Shown one piece after another: positions 29,233 to 38,335 of a stretch of DNA of 64,000 nt. A program made the translations under genes and the position numbers. Position 1 is the first letter of the stretch. Each line of letters begins with the position of its first letter. The notes under the pieces were generated by a model that ran no database searches, was not told the origin of the DNA, and saw nothing but the letters and a program-made list of their open reading frames with translations. This DNA is from an uncultured Gemmatimonadaceae bacterium (GTDB lineage: Bacteria > Gemmatimonadota > Gemmatimonadetes > Gemmatimonadales > Gemmatimonadaceae). The stretch lies in contig CAWAGQ010000006.1 of assembly GCA_963781585.1 (NCBI GenBank), forward strand, positions 256,001 through 320,000. The letters are read 5' to 3'.

Positions 29233-30303
29233 ATGACTTTCAGCGGCTCACATCGCTGGTTCGTGATCTGTGCCACCGCGGGCATCGCCGCGATGGCCGC
29301 GCCCCTGCGCGCCCAGGTCCCGACCCCGGCCAAACCGGATTCGACCCGTCCGCGCACCACGTCGGACCGTCGCATCCCCGTTCAGAAACGCTCGTCAGGC
29401 GGCGAGGTCGCGTTGCCGACCCGCGCCGAGCAGGCGAGGCTCGATTCGATCGCCCGCGCCGATTCGCTGCGACGGATCGAGCAGACGCGCACGGATTCGA
29501 TCGAGCGCGTGGAACGTGCGCGCCAGGACTCGCTGGCCGCGGTCGCCCGCGCCAGGCAGGACTCGCTCGAGGCCATGGAACACGCGCGCGAGGATTCCAT
29601 CGCCGCGGTCGAGAAAGTCCGCGCCGACTCCATCTCACGCGCGGATTCCATCGCCCAGGCCGAACAGATGCGGCGGGCGCAAATGAGAAGCCGGCGGCTC
29701 GGAGGCGGTTGGTACATCGGCCTGGCCGGCGGACCGAACGCGCCAACCGGCGATCTCAAGACCATCGGCTACACCACCGGCTACCAGGTCGGGGTCCCTG
29801 TCGGCTGGCAGAGTCAGAACAAGGTGCTCGGCGCCCGGGTGGATCTGGGCTTCAGTCAGTTCAACGGCGGCTCGTACGCCGTCGTGCCGACGGCGGGCTC
29901 GCCAGCGGTGCTCGTGAACGAAGATCCGAGAATCTACTCCGCGGTGCTGAACGCAACGCTGCGGTTCCCGCTCAACCAGAGCCACTCGACCGGGTTCTAC
30001 CTGCTCGGTGGTGGCGGGGTCTACAATTTCCGTAACTTCGGCATGGGCTCGGCGCTGTCCGGCTATCTCGGCAACGACGTCACGAATCCGCTGACCGCCG
30101 ACAACAAGAGCTCGATCACCAAGTGGGGCGTCGACGGTGGCGCCGGTCTCGACTTCGGCATCGGTGCAGCGTCCCTGTATATCGAGTCGCGGCTCGTGAA
30201 CGTCTACGCGAACCGCAACAACCCGACTGCCGACGCCCTGCTCGGAACCACCAACGATCAGCTTCGCTGGGTTCCGATCGTGCTGGGCGTCAAGTTCCGG
30301 TAA
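29233..30303 (+). CDS. Outer-membrane beta-barrel protein with N-terminal coiled-coil (AR[A/Q/E]DS repeats)
   Basis: GGAGG RBS, signal peptide ending LRA-Q, helical repeats, then amphipathic strands (WYIGLAGG, FYLLGGGGVY, WGVDGGAGLDF, LYIESR) ending LGVKFR. Confidence 0.8.
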   Translation: MTFSGSHRWFVICATAGIAAMAAPLRAQVPTPAKPDSTRPRTTSDRRIPVQKRSSGGEVALPTRAEQARLDSIARADSLRRIEQTRTDSIERVERARQDSLAAVARARQDSLEAMEHAREDSIAAVEKVRADSISRADSIAQAEQMRRAQMRSRRLGGGWYIGLAGGPNAPTGDLKTIGYTTGYQVGVPVGWQSQNKVLGARVDLGFSQFNGGSYAVVPTAGSPAVLVNEDPRIYSAVLNATLRFPLNQSHSTGFYLLGGGGVYNFRNFGMGSALSGYLGNDVTNPLTADNKSSITKWGVDGGAGLDFGIGAASLYIESRLVNVYANRNNPTADALLGTTNDQLRWVPIVLGVKFR

Positions 30304-30370
30304 CCGAGCGAGTCGATGCGCGGCCGGCGCTGCGTTGTGCGGCGCCGGCCACGCATTGGCCGTCACACGC

Positions 30371-31195
30371 ATGACCGCCGCGCGACTGACTGCCTGTCTC
30401 GCGTTGCTGGTGGCGCCGGCGTCGGCCCGCGCCGCGGCGGGGCAGCCGAATGGCCCGGGCGGCCCACCGGATTCCCGGGCGAGACGGTCGGCCGCGGTTG
30501 GCGCCGCTTCCGATACTGCGCGGCAGTTGCCATTCCGTTCCGCCGGGGACAGTGCTGATTGGGCCCGGTGGCGGTCAGCGGCCACCGATTCACACGAGTT
30601 CCGAGTGGTTGTCTCGCTGTTCGATCGGGAGCTGTGGGTCATCAGCGGCGACGATACACTGCTCGACGTGCCCGCCGCCGTCGCCTCCGGGCTGACGCTC
30701 AATTACGCCGATCGCTCCTGGACCTTCCGCACCCCGCGCGGGCGGCACGAAGTGCTGCGGAAGATCGAGCATCCGCTGTGGACTCCTCCTGACTGGCTGT
30801 ACGCCGAGGTGGCCGAGGAGAACGGCCTCACCCTGGCTCGGCTGCGGCCGGGCGAGCGCGTCACCCTCGACGACGGCTCGCTGCTCACCGTGGTCGACGG
30901 CATGGCAGGACTGATTCAGCGCGGCACCGGCGAGTTCGTGCCGCTGCCTGACGACGAGCACATCGTGTTCGGGGACACCCTCTACATCCCGCCCTTCGGT
31001 ACGGACAACCGGAGAGTCCCCGGCGAGCTGGGGCAGTACGCGCTGGATCTCGGCGACGGGTACCTCATTCACGGCACGCCCGAGAAGGATTCCATCGGGC
31101 ATGCCGTCACCCACGGGTGCATCCGTCTGCGGGACGACGACATCGCCTGGGTCTACCGGTACGTGCCGGTGGGGACGCCGGTGTTCATCTACTGA
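30371..31195 (+). CDS. L,D-transpeptidase (YkuD family)
   Basis: RTPRG, PLWTPPDW, LGQYAL, YLIHGT...SIGHAVTHGCIRL, VPVGTPVFIY. Confidence 0.93.
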   Translation: MTAARLTACLALLVAPASARAAAGQPNGPGGPPDSRARRSAAVGAASDTARQLPFRSAGDSADWARWRSAATDSHEFRVVVSLFDRELWVISGDDTLLDVPAAVASGLTLNYADRSWTFRTPRGRHEVLRKIEHPLWTPPDWLYAEVAEENGLTLARLRPGERVTLDDGSLLTVVDGMAGLIQRGTGEFVPLPDDEHIVFGDTLYIPPFGTDNRRVPGELGQYALDLGDGYLIHGTPEKDSIGHAVTHGCIRLRDDDIAWVYRYVPVGTPVFIY

Positions 31196-31217
31196 CGGCT
31201 GCGTCAGCAGTCTTCAC

Positions 31218-31369
31218 TTTTCAGCAATCAGTCCTCGGCGAGTAGTTGTCGGTTGACAGCCAGCCGCCCACAGTTGACCGTTGTCAGTCGCTGTTCAGGA
31301 GAACCTGTGGTGGTCGTGCGCTGATCACTGTCAACTCACTACTGTTAACTGATAGCTGATGTCAGATAG
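31218..31369. repeat. Head-to-head degenerate 7-bp arrays (NNNNCAG followed by CTGNNNN)
   Basis: ttttcag caatcag tcctcgg cgagtag ttgtcgg ttgacag ... ttgtcag, then ctgatca ctgtcaa ctcacta ctgttaa ctgatag. Confidence 0.7.
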
Positions 31370-31598
31370 CGACGCCCACTGGGAACTCCTCTGCACCGTC
31401 CACTCGGGCCTGGAGGCGGACCAGGTGCGTATCACGCTCGAGGAAGAGGACATTCCCGTCCTGATGAAAGGGATGCCGGTCGGGATCTTCGGCGGCGGGT
31501 TCCAGGGGACGATCCCGGGCGGCGTGGAGGTCTTCGTTCCGTCGCCGGAACTGGAGCGCGCGCGCGAGCTGATCGGCGAAGGCGAGCCTAACGACTGA
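31359..31598 (+). CDS. DUF2007-like small putative signal-transducing protein
   Basis: W..L......EA..V...LEEEDIPV...GG VEVFVP...ERARELI pattern, 79 aa. Confidence 0.8.
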   Translation: MSDSDAHWELLCTVHSGLEADQVRITLEEEDIPVLMKGMPVGIFGGGFQGTIPGGVEVFVPSPELERARELIGEGEPND

Positions 31599-32787
31599 AC
31601 TGCACCGCGGTCCCGGTCAGACTCCAGGTCGAGGCGTCGCCGCAGCCGCCCCCCGGGAAACCCTGGATCCGCAGCGTTGACGCGGTCACGACCTGCAAGA
31701 CGATGTGCAGGCTCGGCCACGACGACGACTGGTAGCAGTACAGGTTCCCGTCGGCGGTTACGAGCTTGAAGTCCAGGTTGACCCGGCCGCTCGATGCCGG
31801 TGTGAAACGGTACGTCCCCGTCGGCACGCTGGGCACCGACGTGCCCATCGAGAACACGCCCAAACCCGGCACGACGTTGTCGTGCACCAGGGCCAGGTGG
31901 TGGTCGTCGTTGGTCGTGGCGTCGTAGAACCAGCGACCCTGGCCAGTATTCGCCACGTCCTGCATCAGCTCCCCGCAGACCGGCGCCACCGAACGGCGCA
32001 CGCCGCCGCCGCCGAGCAGCGCACGCATCGCACTGGCGACCGCCGAGGCGAAATAGTCGATCGGGCAGACCGTGTGCAGCGCCGAGAAAGCGCCGCCGCC
32101 ACCGCCGCTCACGCGTGCGGGGTCCACGAACGCGAGCGCCGCCGTCCGGCGGTCGTAGGCGCCCAGGTCGAGCGCTCCCTCGCTGGGTCCCCCCATCGCG
32201 CCGAGGGCCGTCCCGGCGGAGAGGGTGATCGAAACGCCCTTGTAGCATTGTTGGTACGTGAATCCGCCGGTCATGTACGGCGCGTTGCACCCGGCGTCGA
32301 AGGGGCCGACCTGAGTGAGCACGTCCGCCGTCAGGGCCGACAGGTGGCCGAGGTACATGTAGACATCGGCGCAGGGATAGAACTGCACCGTGTAGTCGAC
32401 CAGATCCGGCTGGCCGCCTCCCGAGCGCGTCTGGCGCCCCACGCTGGTGATGGCGATGTCGCCGGGCGACTGCACCGCCGCGGGCGTCGATCCGCCGGAG
32501 ACGAACGGCGTATAGAGGTAGATGTGATCGGTGGGAAAGGTGTGCCCCGGTGGATTGAGGTTGCCGAGCGGAGCGATGTCCTGGAGCACCGCGAGGTCAA
32601 CGGGCGACACCGCGAGCGGTGGTGCCGACGTGCACGCTGCGAGTCCGGAGGGGGGATTGGGGCCGGTTGAGCCGCCGCCATGGTGGCCGCCGCAGGCGAC
32701 GACCGCCAGGATGGTCGCGCAGCAGGCGACCCGCGTGCCGACCGTACGGCACCCCTGCACAGGACTCCTAACGCTGTTTCGAAGCAT
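31588..32787 (-). CDS. Hypothetical lipoprotein
   Basis: Lipobox VVAC-GG; 'PLGNLNPPGHTFPTDHIY'; several Cys; high-GC codon bias. Confidence 0.7.
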   Translation of the reverse strand: MLRNSVRSPVQGCRTVGTRVACCATILAVVACGGHHGGGSTGPNPPSGLAACTSAPPLAVSPVDLAVLQDIAPLGNLNPPGHTFPTDHIYLYTPFVSGGSTPAAVQSPGDIAITSVGRQTRSGGGQPDLVDYTVQFYPCADVYMYLGHLSALTADVLTQVGPFDAGCNAPYMTGGFTYQQCYKGVSITLSAGTALGAMGGPSEGALDLGAYDRRTAALAFVDPARVSGGGGGAFSALHTVCPIDYFASAVASAMRALLGGGGVRRSVAPVCGELMQDVANTGQGRWFYDATTNDDHHLALVHDNVVPGLGVFSMGTSVPSVPTGTYRFTPASSGRVNLDFKLVTADGNLYCYQSSSWPSLHIVLQVVTASTLRIQGFPGGGCGDASTWSLTGTAVQFSR

Positions 32788-32806
32788 GAAGTAGTATGGG
32801 TGGGGA

Positions 32807-32890
32807 AGGCCAAAGACCACAGGTCAAGGCGCCAGGTCAAAGGCCACAGTCAAGGCCAAAGGCCACAGGTCAGGGAATCAACAGGCCAAC
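32807..32890. repeat. Degenerate 7-bp array of the AGGYCA type (same family as 25219-25309)
   Basis: aggccaa agaccac aggtcaa ggcgcc aggtcaa aggccac agtca aggccaa aggccac aggtcag. Confidence 0.75.
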
Positions 32891-32924
32891 GTCACACCGG
32901 ACTTCAATGACAGGGAGCGAGAGA

Positions 32925-33245
32925 ATGGCGCTGTACATGATTCAGGCGTCGTACACGGCGGAAGGAGCCAGGGGGTTGATGAAGGAAGGCGGCAGCAAGC
33001 GAAAGGCGGCTGCGCAGAAGGCGGCAGAATCGCTCGGCGGAAAGCTGCTCTCCTTCTACTACACGATGGGGCGTGACGACATTGTCACCATCGGGGAGTT
33101 TCCTGACGATGTGTCGGCTGCCGCGTTGAGCATTACGATTGCAGCCAGTGGCGGCGCACGGTGCAGGACCACCGCGTTGCTCACGGCCGAGCAGGTCGAT
33201 TCCGCGGTAAAGAAGACGGTGGGCTATCGAGCGCCGGGCGCGTAG
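32925..33245 (+). CDS. GYD domain protein
   Basis: MALYMIQASYTAEGARGL..EGGSKR..A...ESLGGKLLSFYYTMGRDD...FPDDVSAAA...YRAPG. Confidence 0.9.
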   Translation: MALYMIQASYTAEGARGLMKEGGSKRKAAAQKAAESLGGKLLSFYYTMGRDDIVTIGEFPDDVSAAALSITIAASGGARCRTTALLTAEQVDSAVKKTVGYRAPGA

Positions 33246-33310
33246 CGTACGAGCGTAGAACTCGGCCTCGCCCCCGGTCCGCTCAGCGTTGACGGGATCC
33301 TGCCGCCCAG

Positions 33311-34291
33311 ATGATCAGCGTTGGCATCCGGGCGGCCCTGGAGGATCTGCGCTCGCTGATGCTGCTGACATCCGGCTATTCGGTCACGGCGCTCGTACCG
33401 CCGCGGTTCGATGCGCGGTTCGTGACGGGTGTGATGAGCGGTCCGCTGCTGGTTCACGAACGATGGGTGCGCCAGATCGCCGAGCGGATGCGGCTCGTCC
33501 TGGAGCCCTTTCTGCCTGACGCGGACTTCCACACGCTGGGCGCCGCGTACTGCCAGATGTTCCGCGAGAACCAGTGGATGCGGTGGCGCGCCATGCACGG
33601 CGCCGCGGTGGCCGTTTCGACAACCGTGGTCGGATTGCCCCACCTCAAGGCGGCGCACGCCCGGGGGCGCGGCGTCATCCTGTGGGGCATGTCGTTCTGC
33701 GAAACGCTGGTGGTCAAGATGGGACTCCATCGGGCCGGTGTGGCGCTGGTTCACCTGAGCACTGCAAACCACGGAGCAGCCTGGCCGCCGACGCGTCTCG
33801 GACTTCGCGCTGTCGCGCCGCTCTACACCGCCGCGGAGACGCCCTACCTGGCCGAGCGCGTGGTGATCCCTGCGGACCAGTCGCTGGGTTACATGCGTGT
33901 GCTGATGGATCGCCTTGCCGCGAACCGCTGTGTCTCGATTGCCGGTGACGGCGTCGCACGGAGGCAGAACATCCCCGCCACGGTACTGGGTCGTGCGGCG
34001 CACTTTGCTCCGGGTGCGCCCGGCCTCGCATTGAAAATGGGATCTGCGCTGCTTCCGCTGCATGTGGTTCGGGAGGGGCCGCTGCGCTACCGCGTGGTCA
34101 TCGACGAGGAGATTGAGGTCGATCGCGATCTGGCGAAACCGGCGTTCATTGACCGTGCCGTCAGCGAGTTCGCGCGGCGTTTGGAGCAGCGCGTGCTCGA
34201 GCGTCCGGCGGACTGGGCGTGGTACTCGCACATGGTGCTCGCCTGGATGCGCGAGATGCGGAAGACGGATGCCTCGGATGGAGCGGATTAG
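33311..34291 (+). CDS. Lysophospholipid/lipid A acyltransferase-like protein (LpxL/HtrB family)
   Basis: VVGLPHLKAAHARGRGVIL, SIAGD, VLGRAAHFAPGAPGLALKMGSALLP, LEQRVLERPADWAW. Confidence 0.75.
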   Translation: MISVGIRAALEDLRSLMLLTSGYSVTALVPPRFDARFVTGVMSGPLLVHERWVRQIAERMRLVLEPFLPDADFHTLGAAYCQMFRENQWMRWRAMHGAAVAVSTTVVGLPHLKAAHARGRGVILWGMSFCETLVVKMGLHRAGVALVHLSTANHGAAWPPTRLGLRAVAPLYTAAETPYLAERVVIPADQSLGYMRVLMDRLAANRCVSIAGDGVARRQNIPATVLGRAAHFAPGAPGLALKMGSALLPLHVVREGPLRYRVVIDEEIEVDRDLAKPAFIDRAVSEFARRLEQRVLERPADWAWYSHMVLAWMREMRKTDASDGAD

Positions 34292-34480
34292 GGAAATGCA
34301 GATGATTGAAGTGGCTGAGGCGGATTCAGGAAAGGCGGATGCGCCGGATGGTGAGGATGAGGGCGAGTTTGGGAAGCGCGGACAGTTGAAGTGGCTGAGG
34401 CGGATTCAGGAAAGGCGGGTCCGTCCGATGACGCGGAGGAGCGGGTCAGGAAGGCGGATGATTCGGATGGAGCGAATGTC
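34262..34480. repeat. Degenerate 9-bp array (core CGGAT) containing a perfect 33-bp direct repeat
   Basis: acggatgcc tcggatgga gcggattag...; TTGAAGTGGCTGAGGCGGATTCAGGAAAGGCGG at 34306-34338 and 34386-34418. Confidence 0.8.
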
Positions 34481-34576
34481 CGCGGCTCGGTAGGGCAGTG
34501 ACTTGGGATGCATAACCCTGATGGCTCGCGCGTTGGGATGATGATACCGGTCCTGGCACACCTGCCATCCTATCGC

Positions 34577-35134
34577 ATGGCACGCCGCCCCGACGGGTTG
34601 GTCGAAGAAGAGCTTACACGTTCCGTGATCGGCGCGTTCTTTGACGTCTACAACAATCTCGGCTACGGATTCCTCGAGCACGTGTACAGCAAGGCACTCG
34701 AGCACGAGCTGCGCGAACGCGGACATCGCGTACGCCGGGAGGTGTGGGTAAGCGTCAGCTACAAGGGGGTCCCGCTCACCTCACAACGGCTCGACTTCGT
34801 CGTCGACGACAAGCTGGTCCTGGAGATCAAGTCGACCCCGTCACTGCACGCGAGCGCGGCGCGCCAGCTCTACAACTACCTCCGGGCGACCGACCTGCCG
34901 GTGGGCCTACTGCTCCATTTCGGACCCCAGCCGAGATTCCACCGTCTGATCTGCTCGCACCGGGCGGATAAGGCGCATAGTGCGGATACGGCGGATACGG
35001 TAGATCAGCCGCACAGGGCGGATCAGGCGCACAGGGCGGATCAGGCGCACAGGGCGGATCAGGCGCACAGGGCGGATCAGGCCGATAGGGCGGATACGGC
35101 GGGTGGACCGGATTTCAGCGAATCGGCTGGGTGA
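34577..35134 (+). CDS. GxxExxY protein (PD-(D/E)XK nuclease superfamily) with repeat-derived C-terminal tail
   Basis: LGYGFLEHVY, RLDFVVDDKLVLEIKS, QLYNYLRATDLPVGLLLHFG; tail of (HRADQA)n. Confidence 0.93.
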   Translation: MARRPDGLVEEELTRSVIGAFFDVYNNLGYGFLEHVYSKALEHELRERGHRVRREVWVSVSYKGVPLTSQRLDFVVDDKLVLEIKSTPSLHASAARQLYNYLRATDLPVGLLLHFGPQPRFHRLICSHRADKAHSADTADTVDQPHRADQAHRADQAHRADQAHRADQADRADTAGGPDFSESAG

Positions 35135-35220
35135 GCCCGATCAGACGCTACCCGTTGTCAAATCGCAGATACTGGTTGCTTGATCCGCTTTGATCCGTCC
35201 CATCAGCCGTATCCGTTCCC
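34958..35220. repeat. 9/18-bp tandem array (GCGGATCAG-GCGCACAGG) followed by inverted ATCCG nonamers
   Basis: Four copies of cacagggcggatcaggc (35012-35082) within a longer nonamer run; after the stop codon: tgatccgct ttgatccgt cccatcagc cgtatccgt. Confidence 0.85.
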
Positions 35221-35223
35221 TGC

Positions 35224-36507
35224 TCAGTCGCGAACAATCAGTCGCACGAACCGGCGGAGGTTGTCCGCTCCATGCCGCGAAGCGACCCATGCGCGCGCGC
35301 GTTGGCCCATCTCCTGACGTACCGGCTCACGCGTCAGGCAGCGCATGACCCGGTCGACGAATTCGCCGCGGTCACGGCACAGGAATCCGGTCACGCCGTC
35401 CTGCACCAGCTCGTCCGCACCCGGGTAGCGCATGCTGATCACCGGAATGCCGAGCGACATGGCTTCGAGGGCAGCGATCGGCAACCCCTCGTGATGCGAA
35501 GTGAGACAGAACAGTCGTGAGGCACGCAGCCACGGTGTCACGTCCTGCTGCCATCCGGCGAGCACGAGCGGCGGTTCCAGGCCGAGTCGCGTGCGCTGAC
35601 GCTCGAGTTCCGCGAGCCCAGGACCGCCGCCGACGATGACGGCGCGAACGGAAGGGCGCATCTCGCGGATGTCGCGGAGAATCTCCACCAGGAGCGAGAG
35701 GTTTTTCACCGGCGCCAGGCGACCCACGTAGATCAGGTCGAATCCGTCGTCAGGTACCGGCATCGCGCGCGCGTCTGCTGATGCGCGAGGGCCGGAGCGG
35801 AATTGCGGCGCGGGCGCACCCGACCAGAAAAGGGGTGGTCTCGCCTTGGCATCTACAGCGTCATCCGGGCGCTCCGGATCGGGCAGCGGGCCGGCCCAGT
35901 TGCGGCTCACCACGACCTTTTCCGCCGGCACCGCGAACGTTGCGACAAGGTCGACCTTCGCCGCGTCGGTCGGGACGGCAACCCAGTCGGCGCGCGAGTA
36001 GCCCAGTCGCACGAGGGTCCGCAGGAACGCGGCATGCACCCTGCCGCGCGACTGTTCGACAACTGCGCCCGACGGGAACGAATCGTCGCTGATGCCGATG
36101 CGCATGGCGCGCCACCAGAACAGTCGACGAAGCATCACCGCGATGAGCCCGGGGCCGCGGAGGAAGCCGATGATGCGCTGCGGCCGCAACGTGAGCACGC
36201 ACCAGAAGCAGAACAGCGGGAAGGGCACGGCGAGCACACCCGCGACACCCCTTGGCCGACAGCGGATCCGGACCACCGACTCTTCGACCGCGTCGAAAAA
36301 CGCCCGCTCACCCGGATCGGCGGGCGGCCCCTCGCGCAGGAGCAGGTGGATCGTGCCCTCGAACGACTCGCAGTAAGTCGTCAGGCAGCGCGCGAAATCG
36401 GCGATCTTCCGCTGCACGCCGCCTGCGCCGAGGTCGTGACTGATGAGGACAATGGTCGGTCCGCGCCTTTCGGCGCCTCCCGGCGTCGATGAGGTCGCTC
36501 CGCTCAT
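35224..36507 (-). CDS. Glycosyltransferase family 4 (GT-B)
   Basis: GAGGVQR, YVGRLAPVKN, SHHEGLPIAALEAMSLGIPVI, ELVQDGVTGFL. Confidence 0.92.
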   Translation of the reverse strand: MSGATSSTPGGAERRGPTIVLISHDLGAGGVQRKIADFARCLTTYCESFEGTIHLLLREGPPADPGERAFFDAVEESVVRIRCRPRGVAGVLAVPFPLFCFWCVLTLRPQRIIGFLRGPGLIAVMLRRLFWWRAMRIGISDDSFPSGAVVEQSRGRVHAAFLRTLVRLGYSRADWVAVPTDAAKVDLVATFAVPAEKVVVSRNWAGPLPDPERPDDAVDAKARPPLFWSGAPAPQFRSGPRASADARAMPVPDDGFDLIYVGRLAPVKNLSLLVEILRDIREMRPSVRAVIVGGGPGLAELERQRTRLGLEPPLVLAGWQQDVTPWLRASRLFCLTSHHEGLPIAALEAMSLGIPVISMRYPGADELVQDGVTGFLCRDRGEFVDRVMRCLTREPVRQEMGQRARAWVASRHGADNLRRFVRLIVRD

Positions 36508-36532
36508 TCCCCGGCGCCCTGAGCGGATCCGC

Positions 36533-38335
36533 TCATTCCACGGCTGGCACCGAACGGTGGGCGCCGTCCGGGTCCTCGCGCCGCAGCGATTCATCCGATT
36601 TGTCCACCCGACCCGACCGGAGGGCGATCACGTGATCGGCCCCCGCCACTGCCGAGTCGCGATGCGCGATCACGATCCGCGTGCAGCCGCGAAAGGCGGC
36701 ATCGAGCGCCTCCCGGATGGATGCTTCCGCCGGCGCGTCGAGCGCACTGGTGGCCTCGTCGAGAATCAGGATGTCGGATTTCCGCAGGATCGCCCGTGCA
36801 ATGGCGACGCGCTGACGCTGCCCGCCGGACAGCTTCACCCCGCGATTCCCGACCACCGTGTCGTAGCCCTCCGGCATCTGCTGAACGAACTCGTACACTC
36901 CCGCCATGCGAGCCGCCGCGGCCACCGCCTCCTGGTCGGCATCCTCCGCGCCTAACGTGATGTTGCTGCGCAGGGTATCATTGAAGATGAATTCATCCTG
37001 GCTCACCAGAGCGATCCGGCCGCGCCAGGAGGCGAGGTCGAGATCGGGAAGTGGCGAATCGTCGATCAGAATCGCGCCGCGCTGCGGGTCGTGGAAGCGC
37101 AGGATGAGATCGATGACCGTCGACTTTCCCGCGGCTGACGGACCGATGATGGCGGTGGTGCGACCGGCCGGAATCCCGAAGGTCGCATCGTCCAGCGCCC
37201 ATGTTCCATCGTCGTCCCAGGCGAAGCTCACGTTCTCGAACCGAATGCCGCGCGTGAGCCCGGTGAACGCGCGTGAGCCAGAGCGCAGGAAGGGCTTGTC
37301 GTCGACCCGCAACAGTTCGTGGATGCGGCGCGCGAACGGCCACCGGCTGGCGATCTGCGCGCGCGCGCGATTCAATTCCTTGATGGCGGGGAGAATCCTG
37401 GTGAGCACATATGCGAACGGCACCAGCTGCACCAGGAAGACTTCCCGATTTCCCCCGCCCATCTGCAGTGCCACCAGACAGACTACCGCCAGCGCGACGA
37501 CGCCGAGGCTCTCGGTCAGGATGTGCGCCAGGTAATTGCCGAGGATGATGTGCTGGTTCGCCTGGGCGTACGCTTCGGCATGTTCGTTCAGCAGCGCGCT
37601 ACGGCGCCGTTCCTGCACCGCGGCGCGGATCACGTGCATGCCGGCAATTGTCTCGTACAGCGAGGCGGCGAGCTGGCGACTCCGCCCCTCGGCGCTCGAC
37701 CCGGCGCGCGAGAGGAAGCGCACGTAGCTCGTCAGAACAGCGAGTATGGCGCCGGCGGCGACCGCCGACAACAAGGTCAGTCGCCACGAGAGAATCAGCA
37801 GCACCACGAAGAGCGCCACGAACGAGGTGAGATTCACGAAGAAGTCGGCCGCCTGCACGATCAGAAACTCGATGCGTGAGGTGTGGGTGAGCAGCCGCTC
37901 CACCAGATCGCCGGGCTGTGATCCGTGGAGGTAGTCGAGCCTGACGCGCATCAGGAGGTCCACACCGCGTTTCCGGAGATCGAGCGTGATTCGCGACGAG
38001 AGCCACGCCGCCAGATACGTCGACGCCGCCAGCAGCGCATTCTTGAGCAGAATGGCGCCGACCACCGCCGCAAGTGAGAACAGGACCTGGTCGCGGACGG
38101 GATAGGTGCCGAAGAGGAGCGCGAGACGACGAAGCACGGTGGGAAGGGCGGTGTAGTCCTGGCCGCCCTGCAGGCTCACGAGCAGCGGCACCAGCATGCC
38201 GACCGACACGCCGTCGAACAGCGACGCGGCCATGGACGCCAGCAGGAAGGTCGCGATCCGCGCGCGATACGGCCGGAGCAGCGCCCGCACAAACCCTCGC
38301 GGAACCCCCCGCCGCTCCATGTCCGCGGACATCAC
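36533..38335 (-). CDS. ABC exporter, fused TMD-NBD (MsbA/PglK-like)
   Basis: 6 TM segments; GPSAAGKST, LSGGQRQRVAIARA, LILDEATSALD, IAHR. Confidence 0.93.
   Translation of the reverse strand: MMSADMERRGVPRGFVRALLRPYRARIATFLLASMAASLFDGVSVGMLVPLLVSLQGGQDYTALPTVLRRLALLFGTYPVRDQVLFSLAAVVGAILLKNALLAASTYLAAWLSSRITLDLRKRGVDLLMRVRLDYLHGSQPGDLVERLLTHTSRIEFLIVQAADFFVNLTSFVALFVVLLILSWRLTLLSAVAAGAILAVLTSYVRFLSRAGSSAEGRSRQLAASLYETIAGMHVIRAAVQERRRSALLNEHAEAYAQANQHIILGNYLAHILTESLGVVALAVVCLVALQMGGGNREVFLVQLVPFAYVLTRILPAIKELNRARAQIASRWPFARRIHELLRVDDKPFLRSGSRAFTGLTRGIRFENVSFAWDDDGTWALDDATFGIPAGRTTAIIGPSAAGKSTVIDLILRFHDPQRGAILIDDSPLPDLDLASWRGRIALVSQDEFIFNDTLRSNITLGAEDADQEAVAAAARMAGVYEFVQQMPEGYDTVVGNRGVKLSGGQRQRVAIARAILRKSDILILDEATSALDAPAEASIREALDAAFRGCTRIVIAHRDSAVAGADHVIALRSGRVDKSDESLRREDPDGAHRSVPAVE

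Noticed and set aside
34306..34418. CRISPR array
   Set aside because: Only two full repeats, non-palindromic, derived from the local nonamer, and no cas genes; kept only as a repeat finding.
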